A stretch of 64,000 nucleotides of DNA from Eledone cirrhosa (Eukaryota): positions 303,924,001-303,988,000 of the forward strand of contig OZ024743.1 of assembly GCA_964016885.1 (NCBI GenBank). Reading direction: 5' to 3'. A model generated the notes under the pieces. It was not told where the DNA came from, did no database searches, and saw only the letters and a program-made list of their open reading frames with translations. The translations under genes and the position numbers were made by a program. Of this stretch, positions 54,101-64,000 are shown piece after piece. Position 1 is the first letter of the stretch. Every line of letters begins with the position of its first letter.

Positions 54101-56400
54101 GTCGGCCTGTTTGGTAGTCAGATATCTTGTCTCTACTGTTTTCATGACGAAGACCAAAGACGGCAGCATCCGATCCCTTGTTTACATACTTACAAACGTA
54201 TTTAATTGATTTTACTGAGTTGCAAAATTCGACGTTGAACGCTTTCAAAAGGAGGGGCTATATGGCACTATCCATCTGTTGTCGATTTCGCGTTCACCAA
54301 CTTTTGCTGTGAACCCACCGTATTCAGGTCTCCTGCGCCTATACAACCGATATCGGTCACTGCCAGTCTGTGTTTCCTTCAAAAACGGCCTGGGATATCA
54401 TGTTGTACACTTTCCCTCGTGTATGCACGGGGACTTCATATTGAGTCCATGTCTGCAAGGACCATGGACCATGTTTGATTTGACTATAGAGAAGAGGACC
54501 TTGTCAATCGACATATCAGGTAGTTCGGCAGAAATTAATTTGTTGATGTAGTTGGAACTGATTTTTGTAACCAACCAAATCAAGATATGGGCATGCGGCA
54601 GCCCTCGTTTCTGCCATTCAAGCGTGTACATATCGCACCTGACAAGCCCCAACACCTGTCCTTTCTTTAATTAATCCATTAATCTGGATAATTTCAGGCG
54701 AAACACTCTTGCTATGAGATCGTGCCTGTGTCTGGGCGCTTGACTGTGACTGTGGAACAGTTCGTTTGTAATCTCCTTCCACTTGGGATTGCATGTAAAC
54801 GTTATGAAAAGGTGCGTCCATATGTCGTCCATAATGTCGTACGTAGGTCATGACGTCCTGAGTCCCCTCGTGCATGTCTCGGGGTCCCCCTCAGATCGTT
54901 GAAGGCAAAATACACAAAGTGTCTGGGGATACGTCGTTGGTAATTCCATCGCGTAGATAAATGTAGGATTCAGATCGAAGTTTCTTTTGATTTAATTTAA
55001 TGAACCATAATCTCTCGGACTCCATTTTAACGGCCATATCAACAGCAAATTGTTGGAAAAGGTCCCGAGAACGGTGTAGATGGTTGAAGGAATTTTCCCT
55101 TACCATAAATCGGAAAGCGTAGAAATCCATGCAGTTGACAGTTTCCTTAAGATGTGCCTCACCATTGCCTGCCGAATGTTGATGAAATGGTATCCGTCCT
55201 CGCCGTTGACAATAGGAATAGACACTGGAGTGCGTTGTAGGACCTTGTGTCTCATTGATACGCTATAACATGCTGTCTCGGTGCTTTAGAATAATATCTC
55301 TCTTGTTGTGCTGTTCACCACAAATTACCGCAGCAATCTCATTATATGTTGGTGCTTTGATCCCACAAGCGTGTTCTCCAGATGGCCTTCGGTCACCAAG
55401 TATGACCGCACTAAAGTGTTGGTCGGTGGCTGTTTCCAAAGCGTACTTGCAACTGCGCACATAGCTGTTTTTGTCGTGAAGCTTTTCTAGAAGTTTTATT
55501 ATGGTTCCAATGTTAGTTTCGGAAGAAATAGAATTTCGCATCTCTGCCTGCTCCTGATAGTTTCCAACGTAGTATAGCTGAAGAAATTTAGGATCCATTT
55601 CTGCCAGAGGCTGAATAGACACAATCAAGTGGTAGATCTTCCCCTGGACCTTGAAAGTTGGCATGAACCCACGTTCCAAGGCAAGCCTTGCTCCGAAGGA
55701 TGTCATCTGAGACGCGGAATTGTAGCGCCGGATATTACGCAGAAACTTCGATGGCCTCCGTCGTGTCTGTCAAAAGGATTTGCAATATCTCTGGAAGTTT
55801 GTCAAGAGGAAGTAGTCTAACTTTACCGCTTGAACAGCACATTCCATCTCTCTCCTCTGGCCACTTTTTTGTACGACAAAAATGGCAAGTAGAGGTCATT
55901 TGCCCAATGTGAAAATCCGCATGGACGGCGTAGTCGGAGGAGGGGTCGTAGTTAAAGGCCTTCAACAACTATCGTGAATTGCAAGTCCTAGAAACGCCAT
56001 GTAAGGATGATCGCCGCTGTTCCCTTGCAGAAGTCGGCCACGTCGTTGCTCTATGGTTTCAGTATTTCTTGCAGCAGCAGTGGAAGTGTTATCCCTCCTT
56101 TGTCGAACGGCGCGTCGTCCGTTATCCTCTCGTGCGCGAGCAGCAGCATTCGTTCCGTCAAAGTTCACGCCCACTGTCATCCTCCGCCTCTCTTGCAGCT
56201 GCCGTCTGCAGAGCATTCTGAGAGAGCCTGATCGCAGTTGCATTTACATCTTCGGTGAGACGCCTTCGCTTAGACCTACTTGCATCATTAGATAATCGAC
56301 CAATGAGAATTCTTTTCTTGGGGGGCATTGTTTTTTAGAAAATTAACTAGGGAGAACGATAAATAGTGAACAAATAACGTTTAAGTCAGCAAGAAAAACA
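51163..56400 (-). mobile_element. Helitron (Rep plus PIF1 helicase), near-complete coding region, heavily disrupted; intact 3' terminus
   Basis: The start MPPKKRI is at 56328. Motifs include CHFC..CCSSG, PTFKVQG, LFQQFAVD, EWQKRGLPHAHILIW (HUH), KYVCKYVNKG (Y2), FFLDAHGCTGKTF, GDLRQTLPV and QLYVGCSRVG. The 3' hairpin ccgggcaacgccggg is followed by CTAG at 51166-51163. The 5' TC end was not located. Confidence 0.93.
51270..51510. repeat. About 95-bp period tandem repeat (2.5 units) in the Helitron 3' subterminal region
   Basis: atatctc.gcggcggtgctgccagcaaaga...atggtaacaat...ttggtggccc.gaagagg is repeated. Confidence 0.85.
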
Positions 56401-56616
56401 CGGATATAAATTGTGAAAAGATGTGATAAATCTATGTGGTCTGAGAAAGTGGGTATGTTTTGAAAGAATGTTTATACCAGTCAAATTTCAGGTTTTAAGT
56501 TAGAGGCAACGCAAAGTAAGTACTAACCATTGAAAGGATACAGGCAGAAATGGCCGAGAAATCACAGCATGATAAACTGGAACCTTATGACTATAAACCC
56601 ATTAACTAAACCACCT

Positions 56617-57040
56617 TTAACCCTTTAGTGTTCAAACCCGCCGAAATTATTTCCCCTTCATTTGTTCAAACAGCCCAAAACCGCACACTTAACTATCGTT
56701 CTAAAAATAAACATTACCGTCATTAAAATCTCGTCAATTCGAGATTACTGCGAGATTAGGCCCTTACGGCGAAAATTAACACTTAATATTGTGAAACGAC
56801 TTAAAACAACACGTGTTTTTTTAACGTTGAAAGTAGAACAGATTGTTTGTTTGTATCAACATGTCTTATGAGAGTAGCGATACCTACTTTCAAGCTTTTA
56901 CACACGACGACATTCAAAATGAACAAGAAACAAAATATAATATTAGTGATTTATCTTCAAATGAATCAGACGTTTATATTTCTGAAATTTCATCCGACGA
57001 TGATTGTTGTTTTGAAAGTGAAAACGTAGATCGAACATAA
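56617..57040 (+). mobile_element. piggyBac-like transposon 5' end (TTAA plus CCCT TIR start, acidic transposase N-terminus)
   Basis: ttaa-ccctttagtgttcaaacc; the ORF MSYESSD...SDLSSNESDVYISEISSDDD is typical of acidic piggyBac N-termini. No right TIR was found. Confidence 0.55.
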
Positions 57041-57984
57041 ACTTCAAAAGTTACCAGGTACTAATACAGTGTTAATGTGAACTTCAATAGATAAGTCGAA
57101 GGGGCTTGCTGCAAAAGCGCTGGGTCCCCTTGATAAGTTCAAGTAAAAGTTCATGTGTTCACCTTTTATAAGCCATGAGTAAGCAATACGTCTCGCTTCG
57201 TGAAAACCAGACACCAACTCAAGCAGTTATGACGTTTTGTTGCATTGATGATATCAAATTCAACATTCATCAAGTCTGTTTACTGCCCCACAAAGGTTCC
57301 CCTAGATTATAGATATACTGCTATATATATTTCGGTGACAGCCATCATTGCCTGTGACCTCTTCAGGCAGTCCGAATTGTTGTGGAAAAACAGGTACAAA
57401 TGTTGTTGAAGTGTGTTCCACTCTGTCAATACATCGAGTGTCCAGCTCCTGGTTGTGTTGTTATTCCTCTGAGGAATTGGAATCATATGAGTTAGAATAA
57501 ACGAATTTCTGCGTCATAGGACACGCTCGCATTCCATTGGTCAGTTGTGAGAACATTCCTCAGTCAAATGTCTATATACATTTTTTTTGTTATAGTTGTT
57601 TTTGTCCGAATGTATAAGTACAGGTAACTTCCTCCATTGTGCTGGTAGTGCTAGTGGTGTTAATGGGGTCAGCTTTCAGGTCAGCTTTAGTGTGCTGCTG
57701 CTATGTTCTGAAGAATGTATGTGTGTAGGATAGCATCTATCCTGCCACCATTTCACGTGGTGGGGGTGCCAAACAAATAACAAATGCGTGTGTGTTACAA
57801 CCAATATCAATTTTTGAAAAATTTGAAAAATATTAACTGGAGTAGAAAACCTGTGTGTCACATTCGAGAAGTGTAAAGATTTACAACTCTTATTTTATCA
57901 TCGAGTGGTGTGTTTTAAAAAAAAATGAGGTAAACATGGAGTGTAAAACAGCAAAAACCTGTGTGTCAAAATCCGGAAATGCAA

Positions 57985-60250
57985 AGGACTACAGTTCCTA
58001 TTTTAGCATCTGTTGCAAAAGTTCCTAGCAGCATCAGTTGCAACAGTTTCTTTAGTCTGTCCAGCCTGGGTATCAAGTATGAGATCAGTAGCACATTTTT
58101 TGCTCTCCTTCAAGATAGAATGAAGCTTCTTAATTCTCTCATGCTTTTCAACAAGTTTCAGCATACAGACGTTAGTTGTTTCAAGGTATTTGGCCAGTCC
58201 AATGATAGTGGTCTTGTAAGCAAGTTCAAATTGTATCAGTCCACGGCCTCCTTGAGTTCTAGGAAGGTAAAGACGATCCACATCTGCTTTTGGGTGGTGC
58301 TACCTATTAGTAGCTTACGGACTTTGGTGTCGATTCTTTTGATTTCACTCATATTCCAGTTCAACACACCGAAGCTATAAGTGAAAACTGGGACTGCCAA
58401 GGAATTTATGGCTAGCACCTTGTTACGAGCGTTTATTTCTGATCTCAGAACTGCACGTACTCTCCTGTAACATGATTTCCTTATCCTCTCTTTCATACTT
58501 GCATGCTGTATGCCAGATCCTTCATTAATCCCTAAGTATTTATAGGTTTGTTCCTGTTCAAGTTCCTTTATGATTGTTTCAGCATCCAATTCAACTGTCT
58601 GAGTCTGAGTTGACAAGCTTCCCCTTCTTGAAAGTGGCTTTTGCACACTTGTCAAGTCCAAACTCCATCCTGATGTCATCGCTACTGTCCACAAAAGGCC
58701 TTCCAGTTCGTCATTATCTTTGCAATATAGCTTCAAATCATCCATATAAAATAGGTGTCTTATTTTTTTGTTGTCAATTCTATAACCGTACTCTGTTCTA
58801 TTAAGTTCGCATGTAAGGGGTATTAAAGCTATGCAGAAAAGCAAGGGTCAAAGTGAGTCACCCTGGAATAGAGCACAGTCAACTCATCACTCCAAATCTT
58901 ACTCCAGAAGTTTCAACTTCTTCTATGCTCTACAATAATTATTTTTTTCTTCCCTACTTCTCTATAAAATGACTTGGTATTGAATGAGAGCAACTTATTT
59001 TGCTGTAGAAGTTGTTTTGCTTCTCGAATCTACGAATTCGTTGGGCTTTTTACTTGGACTTTTTGTTTCAGAGATTCTTTTGTTGAAACTATTGCTTCTC
59101 TAGAAGACAGTCCATATTTTCTCGTTAGCTTTCTTACCTTCTTGGATCTTATATCATTTTCAGCGTTTAACTCACTCAATAAAGATATTTCTCCTCTCAT
59201 TACGTCAATCTCCTTTTCGATTCTACTCTCCCAAATTGGTTTACCTCGAAGGTTCGACTTTTTTTTTGTGGTAAACAACTTGTTTTAATTACTCTAGTAG
59301 ATGCATAAATGATTTCATTTAAATCAGTAAGATCAGGTTCTAGTTCTTCTATGATTTCTTTTGTCACAGAATTATCAATCATTATTTGTTTTCTATTTTG
59401 GATTGTATTTGGGAGTTTTTGAAGCGGTTTTCTATCATTTATACTAGAATGTCTTACTACTGCAAGCTCATTCAGTTGTTTTTGCTTTAATTCCTTCATA
59501 GTCTCCCTGTGTCCTTCAGCAGATGTTTGGTTTTCAATTACTGTTTCTAAGTCCCTCTTCTGGTTATTTTCAGCGGGTTCAATAGCGCTTCTCAATTCTA
59601 CAAACCTATTTGTGATTTGGTCAGATGGATGTCTTTCAGTAAAGACTTGTGACTGGTTACTATCTCCAGGAGATTATTCAGTTCTTTCATCATTTATATT
59701 ATGTCATTCTCCACAGCCTGCTTGATCGCAGTTAGTTCAGTGTCTGTGAGTCTATTATTTCTGAAGATATACCTCCTTACATTTGCCAACTTATTTCCAT
59801 CCATATCACGTCTGCTTGCTTGATTCCCAGTTTTCCAGATTTTGTAGGAGTTTATAGTGTGACTGACTTGTGATGGCTTACCTAATGCATAGTAATATGC
59901 ATATATTACTTCTTTATACTCTTCTTGGGTCCATTTCATCCTTTTAGGTTTTTCTTTTTGAGGTGGTTTGGGTGGTGGATCTGGAGGGCTCGAGTTGGGG
60001 CAATCCCCGATCAAGTGACCATCCAGGTCCATAATTGGAGAAGAGTTTGTGCCAGAAGAGGAGTTTTCGATCTCAGGTTGGCACCTTCCTGAGGGACGCG
60101 CTTCCTGATTAACCATAGAAAAATCGATTTGGTATTAATTTTTATTTGTACATCTCGCAGTACATGCTTGCGTGGCGCATGGTATTGGACGTACATGGAA
60201 AGTTGCCCGGCTCTTTGGGTAGTGCATTTGCTGGCTGGCACTGAGATCAT
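57985..60250 (-). mobile_element. Second R4/Dong-like LINE, 5' part to post-RT, internally deleted
   Basis: RMKWTQEEYKEVIYAYY, QGDSL, HLFYMDDLKLY, RLYLPRTQGGRGLIQ. It shares cgcgtccctcag near the ORF start with the 32310-36072 copy. Confidence 0.88.
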
Positions 60251-60256
60251 TATTAC

Positions 60257-60375
60257 TATCCCGCCGACGTTAACTTTGCCTTTGATCCTTACAGGGTCGA
60301 TAACATAAAGTACCAGTAATAGACTAGGTAATTGCTGGCCTTGTGCCAAATGTAGAAACAATTATTACTATTATA
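60257..60375 (+). mobile_element. SINE lacking its head (starts right after the B box), abutting the R4/Dong 5' end
   Basis: atcccgccgacgttaactttgcctttgatccttacagggtcgataa...ccttgtgccaaatgtagaaacaattatta. Confidence 0.8.
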
Positions 60376-61074
60376 ACAGTATAGTTATGGTAATTGCTTT
60401 TTTTGATTGAGGTGATATTGTTATGGTTGCAGCTGTAAAAAGTGTACGAGAATGTTCTCAACTGTTCTTGTGGTGTGAGTGGTGTTGGTTGTGGTGGCAG
60501 GGAGATTAATGCTGGGGGTACTGGGAGTGATAGTGGGTAGGGTGACATTGTAGCTTATAGGAGTTGCTTCTCCGATGTTATTTTCTGTCTATTTTGAGAT
60601 TGAGGTGTAAATGGGGTGCTATATTATTTTTTCTTGCCCTTTTCTTTGTCCTTTATGTGGGCTCCATACACATACATAAATATACAATCACACGTGCATA
60701 CTTATAGACACGTATGTATATACATACATGTATATATATACCCATACATTAGACACTGAGAAGGGAGGTAGGTAGCAGTTAGTGACAGTAGTCTAAAAAT
60801 TAATTGGGCAGTTACTGGTCTGAATGTGTGAGGAAGTGGTTGTGAATGTGATGGTGGGAGAGAGAAGTGATCTTTCAACTGTCCATTTTCCTTTCAAAAT
60901 CTGAAATTTAGCCACAATTGACCAAAATGGAAAAAAAGAAAATTGTATTGGGGAAATATTTAAAAATATATATGCACCTTTCACATCTTCAGCCACAGAG
61001 ATTATTGCTTAATAATTAGTCGGATTTTTGATTAAACAGAACTTTTCCCCCGAAATAAAGAGTGTGTTTTCTAC

Positions 61075-61180
61075 AAATAATTGTTTCCAGTTTTGGCACA
61101 AGGCCATCAATTACCCAGTACATTATTGGTACTTTATTTTATCGACTCCGTAAGGATGAAAGGCAAGGTTAACCTCTACA
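61075..61180 (-). mobile_element. SINE 3' half
   Basis: Reverse complement of the core and tail. Confidence 0.75.
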
Positions 61181-61779
61181 AGTAATTATATGTAAACAGC
61201 AATTGTAATGGGTAAATATATAAAATAGTTATGCAGTTCTCACAACTAGTGTCAGATTATAAGTGGTGAAATAACTTGTCGAATGTTCGTGTTAGGGAAT
61301 ACCAAATTAGACAAAACATACTCCTCGAAATAAGCAACGAGCGTCGTACGATCTACGACTGTTTCTCTTCAAATAGTTTTTTCTTTAAGTTCATAGAGCG
61401 AACGTCTCTATACCTGCATGTTTGTTTTCTGTACATTTTTCGTTGTGTTTATAATACATGTATGTGTAATATAATCAATAGAGTTTGTTATTAAATATAT
61501 CGTTTTTATTTTTGTTTTGATTTAAAATTCTGAGTAGTAGTGCGGCTGATATTCAGTTTCTTTAATTACACATGTGGTCCGTTATTTTAATGAAGAAAAT
61601 TATGTTATAAGGATGATCCGTGTACAAAATTTATTTTTTGTAGGCTTCTTTGGTATTCTTCCATTATGTTTCCAATTCGTTTTCTTACTGTTTTTATTAT
61701 TGTTTTGTCGATGGTGTTCGATTTATTTCAAATATTGTGGGGAGCTTCATTATGGGAGTCCATGAGGTTATTCAGCCCT

Positions 61780-61807
61780 ATTATTATTATTATTATTATT
61801 ATTATTA

Positions 61808-61842
<35 letters not shown>
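61780..61842. repeat. (TTA)n tract at the 3' end of the R4/Dong fragment
   Basis: Directly visible. Confidence 0.97.
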
Positions 61843-61843
<1 letters not shown>

Positions 61844-62609
61844 TTTGAGTCTCAGTCATTGATGTTATTTAACTGGAAAGTTTGTTGAAATGAATATCAA
61901 GCCGCTACCTGCAGCCTCAGATATTCAGGACATATCGGAGGGTTCTTGCTGTTCCCAGCAAGCATGCATTTTGAAGTGTTCCAAAAAGAGGGGTTGGACT
62001 AATTTTCTTTAACCATCCTTGGAAACTCTTTGAGATAGTACTTAGTGCACCTATGACAATCGGGACGACTCTGACTTCATGTCAGTTCCAAATCCTTTTT
62101 ACCACCCACTTAAAGTCCTGGTATCGATTAATTTTATCCCTCTCCTTTTCTTGCACTCTCATGTCAAATGGCCAGGCTACATCTACAATCAGGCACGATC
62201 TTTTTTCATTGTCGAAAACCACCAGGTTAGGCCTATTGTATTCCAGTTTCTTGTCCCTCTGTATCCTAAAATCCCATAGTACCTTCACCTGATCGTTTTC
62301 TATCACCGAATCTGGCTTATGCTCATAGCAGTTCTCAGAATGTGGTAAATGATTTACTTTGCATAGGTGCCAGTAGATAACCCTGCAATTCACATCATGT
62401 ATCCAGTCTTTATAGTGAATCTGAGCTGGGTGTTTATACTCGGATACAATGTGAACCACAGTCTCCTCTTTCTCTCCACAGATCCTACACAGCGGGCTAG
62501 CCTCCTCCTTGTAAATATGGTGTTTCACCCACTCCGTTCTGAGGGCCTGCTTTGCGCAGTCATTAGCATTCCTTCTGTAGCCATTTTAAGGTCTCTTCTT
62601 TTTAACCAG
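61843..62609 (-). mobile_element. 5'-truncated R4/Dong-like LINE (zinc knuckle plus RLE) flanked by (TAA)n on both sides
   Basis: WLKRRDLK.ATEG..TAQ, CRICGEKEETVVHIVS, VLWDF, NRPNLVV, IVDVAWPFD, KE.DKINRYQD. Confidence 0.9.
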
Positions 62610-62626
62610 ATTATTATTATTATTAT

Positions 62627-64000
62627 TCTTGTACGTATTGACTCTCGAGCCATTACTGCACAAACTGGAGACGTTGAGGGGGATCCCGCGCGAACTAGGA
62701 TGCGGAAGATCCGTGTCAGCATATGCGGACGATGTCACCGTAGTGATGTCGAACGCCAAACACATCAAGGCGATCGGCACTACACTAAGAGAATACGAAG
62801 CGGTGACAGGTGCAATGATCAACCAGGAAAAGTCAGTAGGCCTGCAGAGGCAGGTCCATGCCGTCCAACAGCGTCGTCGGGCGCAGTACGGACGGACCAG
62901 TTAAATTGGTAGGGCTCTGGTTCGGTCCGGACCTCCAGACGGACAAAAACTGCAGAGTGGCTTCTCTCACCAAGAAATGGGCGGAGAGGAAGCTATCCCT
63001 GAAAGGTCGAGCGGAGGTAGCTAACGCGTACATCGCATACGTCATCTACTACCGCCTGACCGTCGTACCTAGTCCTAAGCCCCATCTGACTGCGCTGGAG
63101 CGTTTGCTATTTCACTTTTTGTGGAAAGGACGCGCTCCGATGGTCAGGCGGTCCATCTGCTGTCATCACCCGCTACGTGGAGGGCTGGGCTTGCCGTGGC
63201 TGATGATGCGCAGACACGCATTCAGGCTACGACATCTCCACCTCCTTCTCGACTGTGATCAGGTGTGGTGGCTGTTTGCTAGACGTGTCTTTCCCCAGCT
63301 CGTCTCCTTGACGAAGCTGCAGTCCTCGGTCAAGCGAAGACCGAGAGGGAGCACTTGAAGACTGGTATGTCTTCAGGTGCTCACAGCCCTCGACGAATCG
63401 GGCAATGTGATCGGTGGGCACTCCACCTAGGCGTTCTATAGTGGATTAGTGGAGTGGAAGAGCGAAGACGTACTTGGAGAAACTCTAGGCGTCGACGAAA
63501 ATCAACTAGCCAATCTCTTCGGAAGAACTTTTGGGCCGGGCCCTATGGACAACTTCCAGAAATCCCTGGCTTGGCAGTGCTACCGAGGAGCTTTGCCAGT
63601 TCGCGATAAATCTACAGGCATAGAGGTGCCGTCAGCCGGGCCTGTCCGAGATGCGCGCAGGGCGACGAAACCGTCCTGCATGCACTCGTCCAGTGTCCGC
63701 GCATTGCTGACTTGTGGGTTTATGTCGAACACCTGCTGTCGCGTTTAGGACGGATCCAGCTATCAGCTAAGACAATCGTGAGAATTACCCTGCCCTCTTC
63801 CTTTAGCCGGGAAGGGCGGGCAGTTTTTATCTGTCTGGTGGCCATGGTGAAAGAGATAGTATGGTGGACACGTTTGAAAGGGCTGAAGACGAGCACTTAC
63901 CTCTTCGGTGATGCCCTGATTAACTTTTTCAAATTTCATTTGAAAAGGAAAATCAGGGTAGAAAGGGAAGTGCTCTCGTCCCAGCATGTTATTGAAAGAT
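62627..64000 (+). mobile_element. 5'-truncated Tx1-like LINE (copy D, B subfamily), runs off the window
   Basis: LYVLTLEPLL..SAYADDVTV..KLSLKGRA..GGLGLP; closely matches 30577-31975. It starts immediately after (ATT)n. Confidence 0.92.

Noticed and set aside
57040-57960. Possible continuation of the piggyBac transposase
   Set aside because: No DDD-domain motifs or right TIR are recognisable.
60120-60250. Possible HDV-like ribozyme at the 5' end of the second R4/Dong copy
   Set aside because: Consistent P1, P2 and P3 pairings could not be assigned by eye.
60400-60660. Pro/Thr-rich minus-strand stretch similar to the Tx1 ORF1 tail
   Set aside because: The similarity is mostly compositional and too weak to call.

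Overview
AT-rich eukaryotic DNA, dominated by transposable elements and microsatellites. The tRNA-derived SINE family and the (TA)n/(CA)n/(TATC)n/(TTA)n landscape suggest an octopod or other cephalopod genome, which is an inference. No intact host gene can be identified. The window holds four Tx1-like (L1-clade) LINE copies: two near full-length but dead, one internally deleted and one 5'-truncated. It also holds four R4/Dong-like RLE LINE pieces, a CRE-type 3' end, an RTE LINE plus a tandem pair of RTE-derived non-autonomous units, and a Gypsy integrase remnant between LTR-like repeats. Further elements are Penelope-like remnants with hammerhead-ribozyme-like motifs, a near-complete decayed Helitron, a deleted Helitron with 23-aa repeats, a piggyBac 5' end and many SINEs. 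The most notable patterns are: (1) Tx1-like and R4/Dong-like LINEs meet in opposite orientation at the same (TTA)n tract three times; (2) the SINE 3' end resembles the Tx1 3' end; (3) four separate hammerhead-like loci sit in local repeats next to (TA)n; (4) a 5' splice-site consensus is conserved just before Tx1 ORF2. All element boundaries are estimated by eye.
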